Assembly (NCBI GenBank): GCA_037444405.1
Contig: JBBIML010000028.1
Span: forward strand, 1 to 36,641
Length of the DNA: 36,641 bases
Direction: 5' to 3'
From: Armatimonadota bacterium
GTDB lineage: Bacteria; Armatimonadota; Fimbriimonadia; Fimbriimonadales; GBS-DC
The notes under the pieces were generated by a model. The model was not told the DNA's origin. It was given only the letters and a program-made list of their open reading frames with translations, and did not search any database. This document shows, in pieces, positions 36,158 to 36,641 of this stretch (position 1 is its first letter; each line of letters starts with the position of its first letter). Position numbers and translations under genes: made by a program.

Positions 36158-36641
36158 ATGGCTGCCCCTCAGTTGAAACATCAGATGAGCGTGGAGGAGT
36201 TCTGGGAGCTGTGCAGGGATGGCAAGCCGCGCGAGCTGGTGCGCGGGGAGGTCAGGGAAGAGATGCCTGTTGGAATGTGGCACGGTGTGATTGTCGGCAC
36301 GCTCGTGTTCCGCCTGCGCTCCCACCTCGAAAAGGTGCGGCAGCAGGTGGGCAAGATCGTTGTGGAAACGGGTTTCGTCATTCGGCTGCCTGATAGTGTG
36401 TCCGTGCGGGCGCCCGACCTGGCATTCATCCGTCAGGAGCGTCTTCCCCAGCCGTTGCCAGCGACCTTCTCCGAGATTGCGCCCGATTTAGTGGTGGAGG
36501 TGATTTCGCCCAACGATTCGTACAGCGCGTTGCGGGAGAAGGTGGACGAATGGCTCTATGCGGGCGTGAAGGTCATCTGGGTGATCGACCCTCAGCGGCG
36601 CGTGGTGGAGGTGTATCAGCCCGACAAGCCGGTGGTGATTT
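36158..36641 (+). CDS. Uma2 family (DUF820) endonuclease-like protein, runs off the window end
   Basis: My translation: MSVEEF...RELVRGEV...HG...RAPDLAFI...APDLVVEVISP...WLYAGVKVIWVIDP. Confidence 0.92.
   Translation, partial: MAAPQLKHQMSVEEFWELCRDGKPRELVRGEVREEMPVGMWHGVIVGTLVFRLRSHLEKVRQQVGKIVVETGFVIRLPDSVSVRAPDLAFIRQERLPQPLPATFSEIAPDLVVEVISPNDSYSALREKVDEWLYAGVKVIWVIDPQRRVVEVYQPDKPVVI

Overview
A GC-rich bacterial chromosomal segment, probably from Armatimonadota (an inference from the repeated C-terminal 'DDADLLxVLFNFG' dockerin-like tags and the giant M28-FtsX protein). Most of it is housekeeping or envelope genes: M48 lipoprotein, GT2, aldo-keto reductase, Trbp111/CsaA, hpt, patA, Fe-ADH, comF, a split feo operon, RluB-like synthase, tRNA-Asn, cyclase, metY, vWA, PCD, TolB-like, argD, WD40/TPR and Uma2. 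Two accessory loci stand out. (1) Bases 1-3100 hold a toxin cassette array. Two VapBC-type modules share an identical block of at least 127 bp (promoter plus antitoxin N-terminus) but have unrelated antitoxin C-termini and different PIN toxins. They are interleaved with an orphan RHS toxin tip, a frameshifted immunity gene, a possible hicBA relic and duplicated RHS-core relics. (2) Bases 6600-8630 hold a collapsed type I-B-like CRISPR-Cas locus: cas6, a truncated cas8 and a 2-repeat mini-array. The array supplies the stop codons of both flanking genes, and its single spacer looks like a palindromic sigma70 promoter/operator. The window also contains an unannotated 29-aa hydrophobic ORF with a structured leader, a stand-alone UvrA N-terminal fragment and a small MITE-like element. 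All calls come from reading motifs by eye; no database searches were run.
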